A stretch of DNA of 64,000 nucleotides from Octopus bimaculoides (GCF_001194135.2 NC_068989.1:8173905-8237904); one strand, 5' to 3'; positions 26,416 through 39,580 are shown, counted from the stretch's first letter. The notes: generated by a model not told the origin, from the letters alone. Numbers and translations are program-made.

Positions 26416-27056
26416 TACCGAATAATTGTCACATATTATTTACAGATAAATTCCTCTATTTACATAATATCCAGTTCTCTTTCTTTCTTTTGTTGTCTTT
26501 TCTATCAATATATATATANNNNNNNNNNNNNNNNNNNNNNNNNNNNNNNNNNNNNNNNNNNNNNNNNNNNNNNNNNNNNNNNNNNNNNNNNNNNNNNNNN
26601 NNNNNNNNNNNNNNNNNNNNNNNNNNNNNNNNNNNNNNNNNNNNNNNNNNNNNNNNNNNNNNNNNNNNNNNNNNNNNNNNNNNNNNNNNNNNNNNNNNNN
26701 NNNNNNNNNNNNNNNNNNNNNNNNNNNNNNNNNNNNNNNNNNNNNNNNNNNNNNNNNNNNNNNNNNNNNNNNNNNNNNNNNNNNNNNNNNNNNNNNNNNN
26801 NNNNNNNNNNNNNNNNNNNNNNNNNNNNNNATATTCTGCTCTGGCTAATTCACTATTTAATTAACGACGCAGAATGGAACATATAGACACCGATATCAAT
26901 GGAAGCAATAATTATAAGCAAATATTTCATTAGAAGAATGTTTATGATGTGTCGTAGTATGATCTCGTTTAACAAAGAACCTTATATAATGAGACGTGTT
27001 TACGACTGCATCGATTCTAGAATATTACTGCAACTTCTTAAATTAATAGCATGTCG

Positions 27057-27422
27057 GTCTGACAAGCAAAGGTTCATAGTGTCTGTGGTCGGTACTTTTA
27101 AGGAAAATATCTATGTTCAACTCCGCAAATCAAAGTCCGTCCGAGTGGTGGAATAACGGTTAGGGGTGTTGCGATCGCAAGTGCGTAGTTTCGATTACCA
27201 GCACTGCGTTGTGATCTTGAGCAAAGCAGTAGACGTTTTGCATTATATTCTGCTCAGGACTCGAGACAGTAATACGCAAGAGTTGATGATAATGAAATAA
27301 CAAAATATACATCTTTTATTTTCTGCGTGCTAAACAAATGACTTTTTTTTTAACCATTAGACGAATATATATAAACCTTAAAAGTACCGACCACAGACAC
27401 TATGAACCTTTGCTTGTCAGAC
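27057..27422. repeat. Perfect 47-bp inverted repeat pair (27057-27103 and 27376-27422) around a 272-bp spacer
   Basis: GTCTGACAAGCAAAGGTTCATAGTGTCTGTGGTCGGTACTTTTAAGG and its exact reverse complement, checked base by base. Confidence 0.95.
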
Positions 27423-27904
27423 ATCTTTCAATTGATTCGCAAAGGTTGTAACATCAACGTTGATGGAAAGACAACATTAGCTCACAGACACCATGATCCT
27501 TCTCCATGTTTTTATTGTCACTACAACGATCCTTTCTTCACTGCATTAGCTATACTCACATACTCACTCGTCTCATCCAAATCTATTTTTTCGCCTCTCT
27601 TGCCGATTCTCAGCACGGTTCTCAACACTCTGAAATTCCCTACCAGCGCAACTTCAGCAAATTTTCAAGCTTAGTACCAAACAGACAAATCCCATGTGAC
27701 TCGCAGTGAACCTGCTCAATTCTTATTAAAATATCAAAGGAAGACAGAAAGCCTTATTGAGAAGGTTAATCGTGGCGAATGAAAGTTAATTTAAGAGCGA
27801 TTGTCTGTTCCTGTTCCTGATTTTCTAATATATTAATCAATGGAGAGGTGAGAAAAAAAACGAAGTTACTTTATTATGCACATGTGTATGGTTGTGTGGC
27901 ATAG

Positions 27905-28055
27905 GCGTTGGCATGGCTGTGGAGTTATGAAACTCACTTTACAACCACGTGGTTTTGGGTTCAGCCTCTTGAGCAAGTTCTTTCTATTGTAGCTCTGGGT
28001 CGACCAATTCTTTGCGAATGAATTTAGTTGACTGAAAATGTTTGAAAGCCGGTCG

Positions 28056-28106
<51 letters not shown>

Positions 28107-28355
28107 CTCTATCTCTCTATCTATCTATCTATCTGTCTGTCTGTCTGTCTGTCTGTCTGTGAACGTATTTGTGTCTTTATTTGTCACCTTATCACAACCT
28201 GACAACCAGTATAGGCTTGTTTACGTCCACATAATTTTGCAGTTCGCCAAACAAAAATGATAGAAAAAATTCCACACTGAAAAGGAAGAAACATGTACTG
28301 GGACAGTGCTCCAGAATGGTCGACGTCCAATGACTGAAACGAGTAAAATATAACG
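27905..28355 (+). mobile_element. Degenerate SINE family A with internal (ATCT)n/(GTCT)n expansion
   Basis: CAACCACGTGGTTTTGGGTTCAG head and GTGCTCCAGAATGG..AATGACTGAAAC tail. Confidence 0.75.
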
Positions 28356-28404
28356 ACAAAAGATGTTTAACAATGAACAATATGCTAATAGGAACATCAA
28401 ACTT

Positions 28405-28463
28405 CTAATTAGTAAGATAATCATATTTCTAATTAGTAACATAATCATATTCCTAATTAGTAA
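28405..28463. repeat. 24-bp minisatellite, about 2.5 copies
   Basis: CTAATTAGTAA(G/C)ATAATCATATT(T/C) repeated. Confidence 0.85.
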
Positions 28464-28953
28464 TACGAAACGTAATGAATTATCGAACTTAAATCAATTT
28501 TCTTTCAATAATTAACCTCAATGACCAGATTTGATAATTTCGAATTGATTATTTTGTAAGATTTCGTATAAGTGGCCACCTCTAAGAATCTTTCCGCTCC
28601 AGTGAACTTTTCACTCACTTTCACTTTCCTATCTCTAACTGAATCACTAATCCCACGTTATGAGTATATTTTGTCTATATTTCATGACCCATTACACTCA
28701 AAATCCATCTTCCATCTCCCCTGTTCTTGTAATGTCTTCATTATTTTAAATAACATACATACACGCACACACATATATATACATATATACATACATATAT
28801 ACATATATACATACATATATATATATATATATACACATATATATATACACATATATATATATATACACACATATATATACACACATATATACACATACAT
28901 ATATACATGTATATATATACATATATATACACATATGTATATACAGACACACG

Positions 28954-28991
<38 letters not shown>

Positions 28992-29015
28992 CATACATAC
29001 ACACATACACACATG

Positions 29016-29470
29016 CGTGGCTGTGTGGTAAAAAAACTTACTTCCCAACCACATTGTTCCGGGTTCAGTCCCACTGCGTGGCACCTTGGGCAAGAAACTT
29101 CTACTACTGCCTCAAGCTAACCAAAGACTTGTGAGTGGAGTTGGTAGACGGAAACTGAAAGAAACCCTCCGTATATGTATATATGTATACGTACACACAC
29201 ACAGACATACACATACATTTATATACGTATATGTATATATCTACACACACACATACACATTTTGTGCGCATTTTTGTGTCTGTTTGTCCCCACCGCCACC
29301 ACTTGACAACCGGTGTTGGTGTGTTTACGTCCTCGTAACTTAGCGGTTCGGTAAAAATAACGATATGATAATTACCAGGCGTAAAAAAGAAGTAATGAGT
29401 TCGATTTATTTATTCAACTAAGAACTGAAGGTGGTGCCTCAGCGTGGCCACAATCTAATGACTGAAAAAC
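29016..29470 (+). mobile_element. SINE family A, near full length
   Basis: GTGGCTGTGTGGTAA head, GGGTTCAGTCCCACTGCGTGGCACCTTGGGCAAG, GGAAACTGAAAGAA, internal (TA/CA)n, TAACTTAGCGGTTCGG and AATGACTGAAA tail. Confidence 0.9.
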
Positions 29471-29501
29471 GATTATATATCAATATATACATATATAACT
29501 C

Positions 29502-29852
29502 GACTCCGTCGGGCACGAATGACTATGGGTGCACCTAAGCGGTTCCCTGCCGGGGTACAAATCTGGGCAGAAAGCCGCATCACCGGCGAACGTACAACCT
29601 AGGATTGTTTTTCTGGAAGACCAGCAGTCGCCCCTGCATACCAGCCTCAACGTCTCCACGCCACCGATATTATCCAAGGGAAAGGCAAAGGGGCCGATAC
29701 AGCTTGGCACCAGTGACGTTACAATTCATTTCTACAGCTGAGTGAACTGGATCAACGTGAAATAAAGTGTCTTGCTCAAGAACACAACATGCAGCCCGGT
29801 CAGGGATTCGAACTTACAACCTCACGATCGTACACTGAGCCATGCGCCTTCA
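29502..29852 (-). mobile_element. tRNA-derived SINE, family C body type 2
   Basis: Minus-strand head GAAGGCGCATGGCTCAGTG and B-box GTTCGAATCCC; body homologous to 6747-7033. Confidence 0.9.
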
Positions 29853-30107
29853 CACACACACACACACACACACACNNNNNNNNNNNNNNNNNNNNNNNNN
29901 NNNNNNNNNNNNNNNNNNNNNNNNNNNNNNNNNNNNNNNNNNNNNNNNNNNNNNNNNNNNNNNNNNNNNNNNNNNNNNNNNNNNNNNNNNNNNNNNNNNN
30001 NNNNNNNNNNNNNNNNNNNNNNNNNNNNNNNNNNNNNNNNNNNNNNNNNNNNNNNNNNNNNNNNNNNNNNNNNNNNNNNNNNNNNNNNNNNNNNNNNNNN
30101 NNNNNNN

Positions 30108-30145
<38 letters not shown>

Positions 30146-31172
30146 TTTTAGCGTTGTATCTTCCTATAAAGAGTAGCTTGTATTTTGCATAAAAAGAAGT
30201 CAATGGCCCAAGGCACCCTGCGAGACTCATGCAGTTTATCTATATTTATATTATTAATATAAACTATCTGGCTTCTAAGGTGAAAGTGTGTAATTTGAGA
30301 GAAGCGGAACAAAAGTTACTTTAGTGCAACTGGTTAGTACGCCTATCATAGATGACAAAGAATTGCAGTTTGAGTCCCGCAGGTAACCTTCCTCGCACTA
30401 ACTATGAGTTATAACTTAATATATTACAGGCTGTTATTTATAGACGTATTCACTTCGCGATAATCGTTTAAATAATTTACTTACATATTTTCGTACCTGC
30501 CACACTCGCTTCACTAGGGCATAAGAATAGTTAGAAAACTATTCCACGAAAACGATGGAGAAGAAAGCTATAACAAAATATAGTGATGAAAAAATATTCT
30601 CACTTGTTTTATACATTTACAAGAAATATCGGGCGACTGTGGAGAAGTGTGAAATTCCTGTATATTTCGTTTCCCAGTTATGCCAATTTATCTCTCTTCA
30701 TAAAAGCGATATCTACTGAAAAATCTGTATTCAGCAGGCAAATGGCCACTGCTGGTTTGATGTGTCACTGGCACGTCCTATCGGAAGACGAACTCTTTAA
30801 TGCTTACCGAACGAGACGTAAACAGATACGCGATAGCTTCACTCATTTAAGAATATTCAATTACTTAGTTTGAGGTATACCATATACATTTGCACAGCAA
30901 TATCACTAATGTTTATAATATATTGATGCTTACAAGCCTATAGACATATACTCCCACAAAGTCAGACATATGCCCGCATATACGTTTATGCACGTACACA
31001 CACACGTACGCGCGTGCATACGCACATATATGTCTGTATGTGCATATATATGTGTTTACACACATATATGGATATATGTTTATATATGTGTATGTATATA
31101 TTTTATATATATATATCTATATACACATATGCACACACACAATGTACATATAAACATAACATATGTGTGTGT

Positions 31173-31215
<43 letters not shown>

Positions 31216-31228
31216 TACACACACACAG

Positions 31229-31265
<37 letters not shown>

Positions 31266-31280
31266 CATAAATATATATAT

Positions 31281-31672
31281 GGTGGTTGTCTACTCTTTCT
31301 GCAGAGTTTGACCACCTCCTGTACCTCCACCTTAGAACCATCATAGCATCTGATGTGGCTTTTTAAACCAGACAATTTTCTGAAAAGACACCCAGATAGA
31401 TTGTACATCCGATTTGGACCACCAAGAGCTCCTGGTAAGTTCTAATCTTTGTGGATCTTAAAATGTCTTTGAGGCCTCCGTTAGATTTGCAAACCTTCTG
31501 GCATACATTGCATTGAAAGGTGTGCACAGACATATAGGCAGAATAGTTAGTGGAGGTTCGTTTTCCATGGGTCCGCAGATGAGATTTGAGCCCAGCAAAA
31601 GACAGGGATGGTCCGTCACAAACGGTGGACACGGAAAGGTCATTGCCATTCACCTTTTCGATCGTAACATTT
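31281..31672 (-). mobile_element. 3' end of an RTE-like LINE encoding three degenerate C2H2-type fingers
   Basis: STVCDGPSLSFAGLKSHLRTH, FQCNVCQKVCKSNGGLK(RHFKIH after a 1-nt deletion) and YNLSGCLFRKLSGLKSHIRC. There are no TGEKP linkers, and the element ends directly in a (TA)n tail. Confidence 0.75.
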
Positions 31673-33119
31673 TTCCTTAGATCTGTTTTGAGTCTTACAT
31701 GCCGGAAAAACAGAATAGAAAACCAAAAAAATCAATTATATATGTTTATGTGTTTGTGTGTGTGTGCGTGCTTAAACACACCCACATCTCACACTTCCAG
31801 TAATACAGCCGCTACACTTCTTTAGCTCTACACATATACACACATACACATACCACAAAAAGCTATGCACACACCACTCCACATGATGTCTACTTCAAAA
31901 CACGGATAAATTCCTCTACATATACTCAAACATCCGTTTTTTTCTCTCCTTAACTACCCCCAATAGAACTGTTTTCCCACCTGGATCCTAGCATTTTGCC
32001 CTTTTCTTCACACCACTCTCCCTCTTCCTCATGTTCCTACATTATTCTTGTGATGAAGTACAAACGTCAGAAACGTTAACACTTTCTCTTTTTAATCTTT
32101 AAGCTAATAAAACTTGTCGCTCTTGTGTTGTCATTTTCCCTCTGCATATATATATATATATATGTATGTATGTATGTATGTATACACTCAAACAGATATT
32201 CACATACATATACATTTACATACATATATCCACATATGCACACACATATACATGCTTACATAGTTCCTATATGCATTATATATAGTTTAAGAACGAGATG
32301 GCTATTGAAAATCTGAAATTTTCGATTACATTTTACCATATTTATCAAGCAAGTGAAGTTTGTTTTAATGTTTGTGTCATGACCGAACGTATTAATCTTA
32401 CTTGATAAGTTGTTTCTCAGGCAACATCCATAATATTATAGCAAAAATTGGTAAAAAATGGATACATAATCGGTTAAAGCTTCATTAGTATTCACATGAA
32501 AAAATAATCAAGAAATCGCTGATTAGATTTTATTTGAAAGAATTAATTATTTCATACAAGCAATGTCTATAATCATATTCCCACTTACATTACAGTAGTT
32601 TTCTTCCCACTCAGTTTTAAGGAACGGCAAAGGCCTTTATGTGGTCTCTCAAACTGCTAGTAATAGGCAACAGCTTTCTCTGAAACGAAATCTATCCTCT
32701 TAAAAGCAAGGAAAGCCAAATTGGCTTATGTAGTCCTAAATACATTGCGTCTGAAAATTAGGAAGGTTAGGTGTAGATGTAATATTTCACAATTTGTTTT
32801 CTTTCTCAGTGTTGACTTGGGAATAAGCAACAAATTATTCGGTTTGTAGCTTTCAATATAATTTGTGATTTATATATTGAATTTTATTTACTTTTTGGAT
32901 GGAGTCTATTATAAATTTGCGCGTTGAATGTGATTTATGATCTGCTTGTTGGATGTGTTTTCTTTTTATCAATACAGCGGATAGCTTCTGTCTTTTGAGT
33001 TGTAGCCTAGCAAACCAGATTAAAGCCGTTCATGATAGAAGAATTCGGATGAGATGCATGGTTATTTCTTCATCCCTCTGGGTTCTTTTCCTGCAATTAT
33101 TCGTTCATAAATATTAGTT

Positions 33120-33312
33120 TCAAATAGTTCGAGGTGAGGGGGTAAATTGATTACATCGAGCCCAGTGCTCAGCTGGTAATAATTGAATCGACTCCGAGAG
33201 GGAAAAGGGTAAAGTCGACTCCGGCGGAATCCGAAATCAAAACGTAAAGACGGACGAAATGTTGCTAAGCATTTTTTCCCGGCATGCTTACCATTCTCAT
33301 AGCTCGTCGCGC
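33120..33312 (-). mobile_element. tRNA-derived SINE family B
   Basis: TACATCGAGCCCAGTGCTCAGCTGGTA...AAAGTCGACTCCGGCGGAAT...GCTAAGCATTTT, homologous to 37005, 40885 and 42097. Confidence 0.85.
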
Positions 33313-33409
33313 TCATTCTTTCATGAATATTGAGGATAAGTATCAGCTGTCTCGGAGGAATTGCGAAATGTTGCCTCTCCAGACGAACTTGAACATGTGA
33401 TTATGAACC

Positions 33410-33705
33410 TCGCTTAGCTTCCATGTGGTTTCGGGTTCAACCTACCGTCAACCATACTGCAGGGCACCATGGACAAGTGTTTTTACTAAAGGCCTGAGCC
33501 GACCAATCCTTGTTAGAGAATTTGATAGGTAGAAAGTGTGTGAAGACCTGTTATATAATATTATATATATATATGTATATATATATGTATTTATATGTAT
33601 ATATATATGCATATACATATGCATATATATATATTTATATGTATATACTTGGATATCCTTGTTGCTTATTTTTATTCTAATCACCTTATTTTGAAATTAT
33701 ATATA

Positions 33706-33754
<49 letters not shown>

Positions 33755-34335
33755 GTATATATATTTCTATGTATATGTATATATATATATGTATATGTAT
33801 ATATACATATATACATATATATTTATATATATATATATATAAGTATATGTATATATATACATACATATANNNNNNNNNNNNNNNNNNNNNNNNNNNNNNN
33901 NNNNNNNNNNNNNNNNNNNNNNNNNNNNNNNNNNNNNNNNNNNNNNNNNNNNNNNNNNNNNNNNNNNNNNNNNNNNNNNNNNNNNNNNNNNNNNNNNNNN
34001 NNNNNNNNNNNNNNNNNNNNNNNNNNNNNNNNNNNNNNNNNNNNNNNNNNNNNNNNNNNNNNNNNNNNNNNNNNNNNNNNNNNNNNNNNNNNNNTATATA
34101 TATATGTATGTCAGTGTGTATTTGTGCGCGTGTCTGAGTGTATCCTCACCCGTTTCTTGAAAACCAGTGTTGGTTTGTTCACGTCCGCCTAGCTTAGCGG
34201 TTTAGCAAAAGAGACCAATACAATAAGCGCCAGAGTTGAAAAAAAATATTAGGTACTGGGTCGATTTGTTTGGCTAAACTCTTCTCGACGGTGCCCCAGT
34301 ATGGCCGCATTTCAGTGACTGAAACAAGTACGCGA
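33410..34335 (+). mobile_element. SINE family A split by a large internal (TA)n expansion and a gap
   Basis: 5' half at 33410-33545 and 3' half at 34110-34335 (GCTTAGCGGTTTAGCAAAAGAGACC...GGCCGC...GACTGAAACAAGT). Confidence 0.75.
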
Positions 34336-34903
34336 TAAAGGTAACATGAGAGCGACCTATCGAATAGGATCCACCTGTCAAATATTTTCCTTCTTGATCG
34401 CGATCTGATGACTTGATGTAATCTCTCTGCGGATATAATTCGCTCGTAGGATGTGCTTCCACTCTTGACTGCGTGGTGTTTGTTGCCATATTGCTGTCGG
34501 TTTTAATATTCTGTAGGCTGTGGTTTTATCCGTTCGAGTTAATCATTCTCTACATGTGATCTTCGTGTCAAATATAACCCATTTGTTTAATGTGTATTTT
34601 GCAGATAGATGGGACCTACCTATTCGATGGAAGCGCTCTATTGCGTGTGGTCTGTCGGCTTAGTGGGTTGTGATACATTGTTTCATGCTAAAGTTTTTGG
34701 CTTCAAAACTGTTTAACCTTTAGTAATATTTGTATTCGCTTGTTTTTCTCTATTACTATTTTTATTTTATTTTACTTGTTGCAGTCTTTTGACTGTGGCC
34801 ATGCTGGAGCACCACCTTTTTGTAATAACTGGCACTCAGTGTGGACAAGTATGAGCATCAATCTATCTATCTATCTATCTATATATCTATCTANNNNNNN
34901 NNN

Positions 34904-34949
<46 letters not shown>

Positions 34950-35056
34950 GTACATGATCAAATGTAAATACATGCCCACGCACTTACACACACACACACA
35001 CACACACATACATGCATACAAATATATATGTATGTGTTTTTTTCTATCTATCTACG

Positions 35057-35102
<46 letters not shown>

Positions 35103-35150
35103 AATGTCTGTTTCTCTGCATGTCACTCTCATTATGTGTGTGTGTGTATG

Positions 35151-35249
<99 letters not shown>

Positions 35250-35845
35250 GTGTGTGTGTATGTGAGTGTATGTGTGTGCGTGCATATAATTTTGATCTGT
35301 TTTTGGTCTGTTTTCGCCAGCAAACATAAAAAGTACTCGGTACGAACCTATGCTGGAAGCATATTGAGGCTGATATATATTTATTTATGTGCGATGCAAC
35401 TATAGCAAAAATAAAGCCAGCTTTATATGCAATTTAGGGTTAAAGCAGTGATTCTGCTGTACGTTCTTATTTTCCCGATAAATTTAATCAGATAACATTT
35501 TCTCTAAACGAAGATAACTTCAATGTGTTATCAGTAAAATATTAGTTTTTTGTTGCTGATAATAATATCAAAGCTTCCTCGGATTACATCGGAGTTTAAC
35601 CCTTTAATGTTTCAAGATCAGAGATTGAGGGAAGTAGATAAAATCGTTTGAATTTGCAAAGTATAGAACAAACTAAAACGTGCCACTGGAACATCGCAAA
35701 TAATTGGCACTTATGGAAAAAACATGGAAGGCTGAAATATTAGGGATAATGTTTTCATCAAGTTATTATTTCGTCAAACAAAAGCAATGATTTTATGCAT
35801 AAAACCTCTCAAACACCCACAAGCACGTACATACAAAATTGAACA

Positions 35846-35943
<98 letters not shown>

Positions 35944-37004
35944 ACATATATATATATTACATATATATTATATATATATTATATATATAATATATATNNN
36001 NNNNNNNNNNNNNNNNNNNNNNNNNNNNNNNNNNNNNNNNNNNNNNNNNNNNNNNNNNNNNNNNNNNNNNNNNNNNNNNNNNNNNNNNNNNNNNNNNNNN
36101 NNNNNNNNNNNNNNNNNNNNNNNNNNNNNNNNNNNNNNNNNNNNNNNNNNNNNNNNNNNNNNNNNNNNNNNNNNNNNNNNNNNNNNNNNNNNNNNNNNNN
36201 NNNNNNNNNNNNNNNNNNNNNNNNNNNNNNNNNNNNNNNNNNNNNNNNNNNNNNNNNNNNNNNNNNNNNNNNNNNNNNNNNNNNNNNNNNNNNNNNNNNN
36301 NNNNNNNNTATATATATATATATATACATACATACAATCTCAAAATATCGACATGTATTTGTTTATATACACACAGATGTAAACACATTTGAAGATAAAA
36401 GTATAATTAATGCGTGTGAATATGTTACTTGTGTGCATATCGGGGAACGTTTCACGTGCAATGAACTTATGCAAGCAAGAAAACGTAAATTGCCTGAGCT
36501 AAATCAGTTTCTCAATGGATTTGGAGTGAGTCAGAAAACTATGAAAATTAATTATAGTCGTATTCGTTTTGCACATTGATATAACTCTGAATGTGCGTCT
36601 TCTTTGGTCTGTTCGTTGACCAAGAATTGAGATAAGTCGCTTTCAAAGAATCTATCTGAGGTGGAATTATTGGAGTAGAGGAGTAATCAATTACTATATT
36701 TTTAAAAGAAATGGGAGAAGGAATTCAACTACTTGGCATGTTTTCTCCATCCTAACAACATCAGCGATATTTGCAGCTTCCGAGGTGGAATTATTGGATT
36801 CGAAGACTAATCAATTACTATATTTGCCTTTCATCCTTCCGGATTTTGCTCGGACGACATGGTTTTCCCGAGCCACAGCTCGTAGAGGACGCCTCTCAAC
36901 CTCTCAGCATTAGTCTGACCATCTGTACGTAAAACTGATGATAGAAGGGACTCCAGCGAACCGGTACGATTCAAAGAGTTTTCGTAATATAGTAATTTAG
37001 TTCG

Positions 37005-37157
37005 TCCAGTGCTCAACAAATTGTTTTTTTGTCGACCCCGGAAGGATGAAAGGCAAAGTCGACCTCGGCAAATTTTGAACTCAGAACATAAAGTTGAACG
37101 AAACGCTGCTAAGCATTTTGCCCGGCGTGCTAACGATTCAGCCAGCTCGCCGTCTTA
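37005..37157 (-). mobile_element. tRNA-derived SINE family B
   Basis: GGATGAAAGGCAAAGTCGACCTCGGC..TTTGAACTCAGAAC...GCCCGGCGTGCTAACGATTCAGCCAGCTCGCCG. Confidence 0.9.
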
Positions 37158-38036
37158 ACGATGATGACGATGATGATGATAGAAAATGAAGACGAAAATG
37201 AAGTGGACGATGAAAAGAAGTGGAGAAGGGGAGGAGGAGGAGTAGAAGAGAACGAAGAAAGAAGCTGAAGGAGGAGGAGAAGAAATATCTTAATACAGAA
37301 TATGGACATTAAGTCTTTAGACGCATGTGAGAATAACGATTCTTTTCATTCGTAAAACATATCTACAAAAGAAACACATATATACACGTACACACACAAA
37401 AACACATACCCATGAACACACACACACTCACACATACACACCACACACAGCACGCACAAGACTTAGTGAAGAGAAGATATCTCTAAAACTGCAACAGGTA
37501 ACAATACTGTTTGATTTAAGCTTTATCGAAGACATAGATTAAACAAGCAATAAGAACAGAATTATAACACAATTCTTTCAAAGAAAAAAAAAAAAAGAAA
37601 ACGAAGATAAGAAGACAAAAAACATGACTTGCATCATAGGAAATTGTCTTTGAAATGCTAGGTTGCACAGCTCTGTTAATCAATTTGATATTGACAGATT
37701 ATCGACAAGAAAAGACAGTGAAATATCTCACCAGAGCAGTAGTATTTAGTTAAAAATAAATAAATAAAGAAATAAATAAATAAAATAAAAAACAAAAAAT
37801 AAACTAGAAAAAATCATGACTTACCCCGATTCGATGTATTGAAAAGGTTTAGTCATTCAATGGTACAAAGGACTGGATATTGTCTCGAGGATATATAATA
37901 TAACTTATCTATCACCTTTCATCAAAGATTAGCTTTCATCTCACTAACGTTCCATATAGATAGTGGTTCACAACACACACACCCGCGCATCCACTACACA
38001 TCTATTTATATATAATGCACATGAGATATATAATAC

Positions 38037-38106
<70 letters not shown>

Positions 38107-38117
38107 CATATACACAG

Positions 38118-38830
38118 GACCCCTTCCCCTTCAAAACGATTGCCGCTCATTCAGCTTCGAGAACAATCAAAAGTCACCGGAAGCAAGTTTTGGACCTTAG
38201 GGAGGATAAGGACAGTTCTGATACCCATTTCTGCCAAGCGCTTGATTAACAGGGTATTCGTCGCTGACCACCTTGAGAATAATCGTTACACAAATTTTAA
38301 CGCATGTTAATTTCTTCATTGATAATTCTGTGTACAATTGCCACATTAAACTGTAATGTTTATTGTCTTTATAAATACAAGACGGTCTCCATACAGAAAA
38401 ATGCAAATTTTCTCAACGGAGTCTGATGTTCTGATAAACTCTCTCCCTCCCACACAACTGATCATCTGCCACCTTCTCTCTACCATCCTTGACTCTCCTG
38501 TGCCAATAAAAAAAGTTAATCTATATCAATGTAGAGCATTGCATAAATTTCTGCCGTGTTTTTGCCCAGTTTAATACAAAGCTTTATTGCATAGTGAGCT
38601 TTGAAATGTCCCGACTCTATTCTGCAAACTAATTATCTGTGTCAAGCAGTATCCAGTAAGGTGTTTACAAAGCGATGTTACAGTCGTCTCCTACAGTTTT
38701 CAGTGACAAAAGTTGGCAGGTCAGCTTATTAGATGAATAGTAATGATATACTAAACCTACAATAATCTAGGACCATTATAACTGTTTCTCCTAAACGAAG
38801 TCTTAAAACGTCAGGAATACACCTCCTATA
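38118..38830 (-). mobile_element. Degraded, internally deleted mariner (DD34D-type) transposon
   Basis: Minus-strand peptides: HYAIKLCIKLGKNTAEIYAML and FYWHRRVKDGREKVADDQLCGR (N-terminal HTH), LAEMGIRTV, and YPP*GPKLASGDF*LFSKLNE..LSGNRFE (the YSPDLAPxDFxLF motif). Confidence 0.85.
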
Positions 38831-38902
38831 TACATGCATGCATACATACATACACACATACATACATATATACTTACCTACCTACCTACCGACCTATATA
38901 TA

Positions 38903-39199
38903 TCACGGACTCTCCCATTGTTAGACGGCATATGAGGGTTCAGCAATTTTTTCCGAACAACCACACAGATGATTTGTTTATAATGATCAAATTTTTGTGT
39001 TCACATAAGCTTACTCCCTCCATGAAATTGGCATTACCTGTACAGGTGCACCGTGTGTCACATGTCAGATGACGAAATGATTGCAGACCAACGTGAAATG
39101 AAGTGCTTTGCTCAAGAACACAACGCAACGTCCGGTCTGGGAATCGAACCCACGATCTCACAAGCGAGATTGGAACGCCCTAACCACTGAGCCATACGC

Positions 39200-39200
<1 letters not shown>
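38903..39200 (-). mobile_element. tRNA-derived SINE, family C body type 3
   Basis: Minus head GCGTATGGCTCAGTGGTTAGGGCG, B-box GGTTCGATTCCC, then GCGTTGTGTTCTTGAGCAAAGCACTTCATTTCACG, followed by a body different from 1334 and 6747. Confidence 0.85.
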
Positions 39201-39230
<30 letters not shown>

Positions 39231-39540
39231 TATGCGAGTAAAAATAAATACAAAAAAAGGTGGATTTTTTTGTATGATTGTGTATAGAGGAATATATTAT
39301 TTTGCTTAAAAGAGTTCCAACACTGTCTGTTTTTTATGTTTTATTTATATTCCTGCAGAACTAATGTGGGGTATAGAATATGGAATATACAATATATAAT
39401 ATAATATACAATATATAATATAAAATAAAATAAAAATGGATGGCACCATGAAATAAAGTATTGAATGTAGATGAAATATTGAGTGTTCAATATAAAGGAT
39501 CAAATATATAAATATATAAATATAAATATATATATATAAA

Positions 39541-39580
39541 GGCGACTCGAGTTTCAGGGCTATTTCCCTTCGTCATGGCC
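39541..39580 (-). ncRNA. Degenerate minimal hammerhead (Penelope-type) within an AT-rich repeat at ~39234-39595
   Basis: Minus strand GGC-C(A)UGACGA-AGGG aaauag CCCU-GAAAC-UCGA-GUC-GCC: helix II 4 bp, palindromic UCGA loop III, GUC triplet, helix I 3 bp. One extra A interrupts the CUGA turn. Confidence 0.55.

Noticed and set aside
28405-28463. CRISPR-like repeat array (also 36658-36825)
   Set aside because: Eukaryotic context, no unique spacers of uniform length; ordinary mini-duplications.
31281-31672. Host C2H2 zinc-finger gene
   Set aside because: No TGEKP linkers, has stops and a frameshift, and ends directly in a (TA)n tail as a LINE 3' end would.
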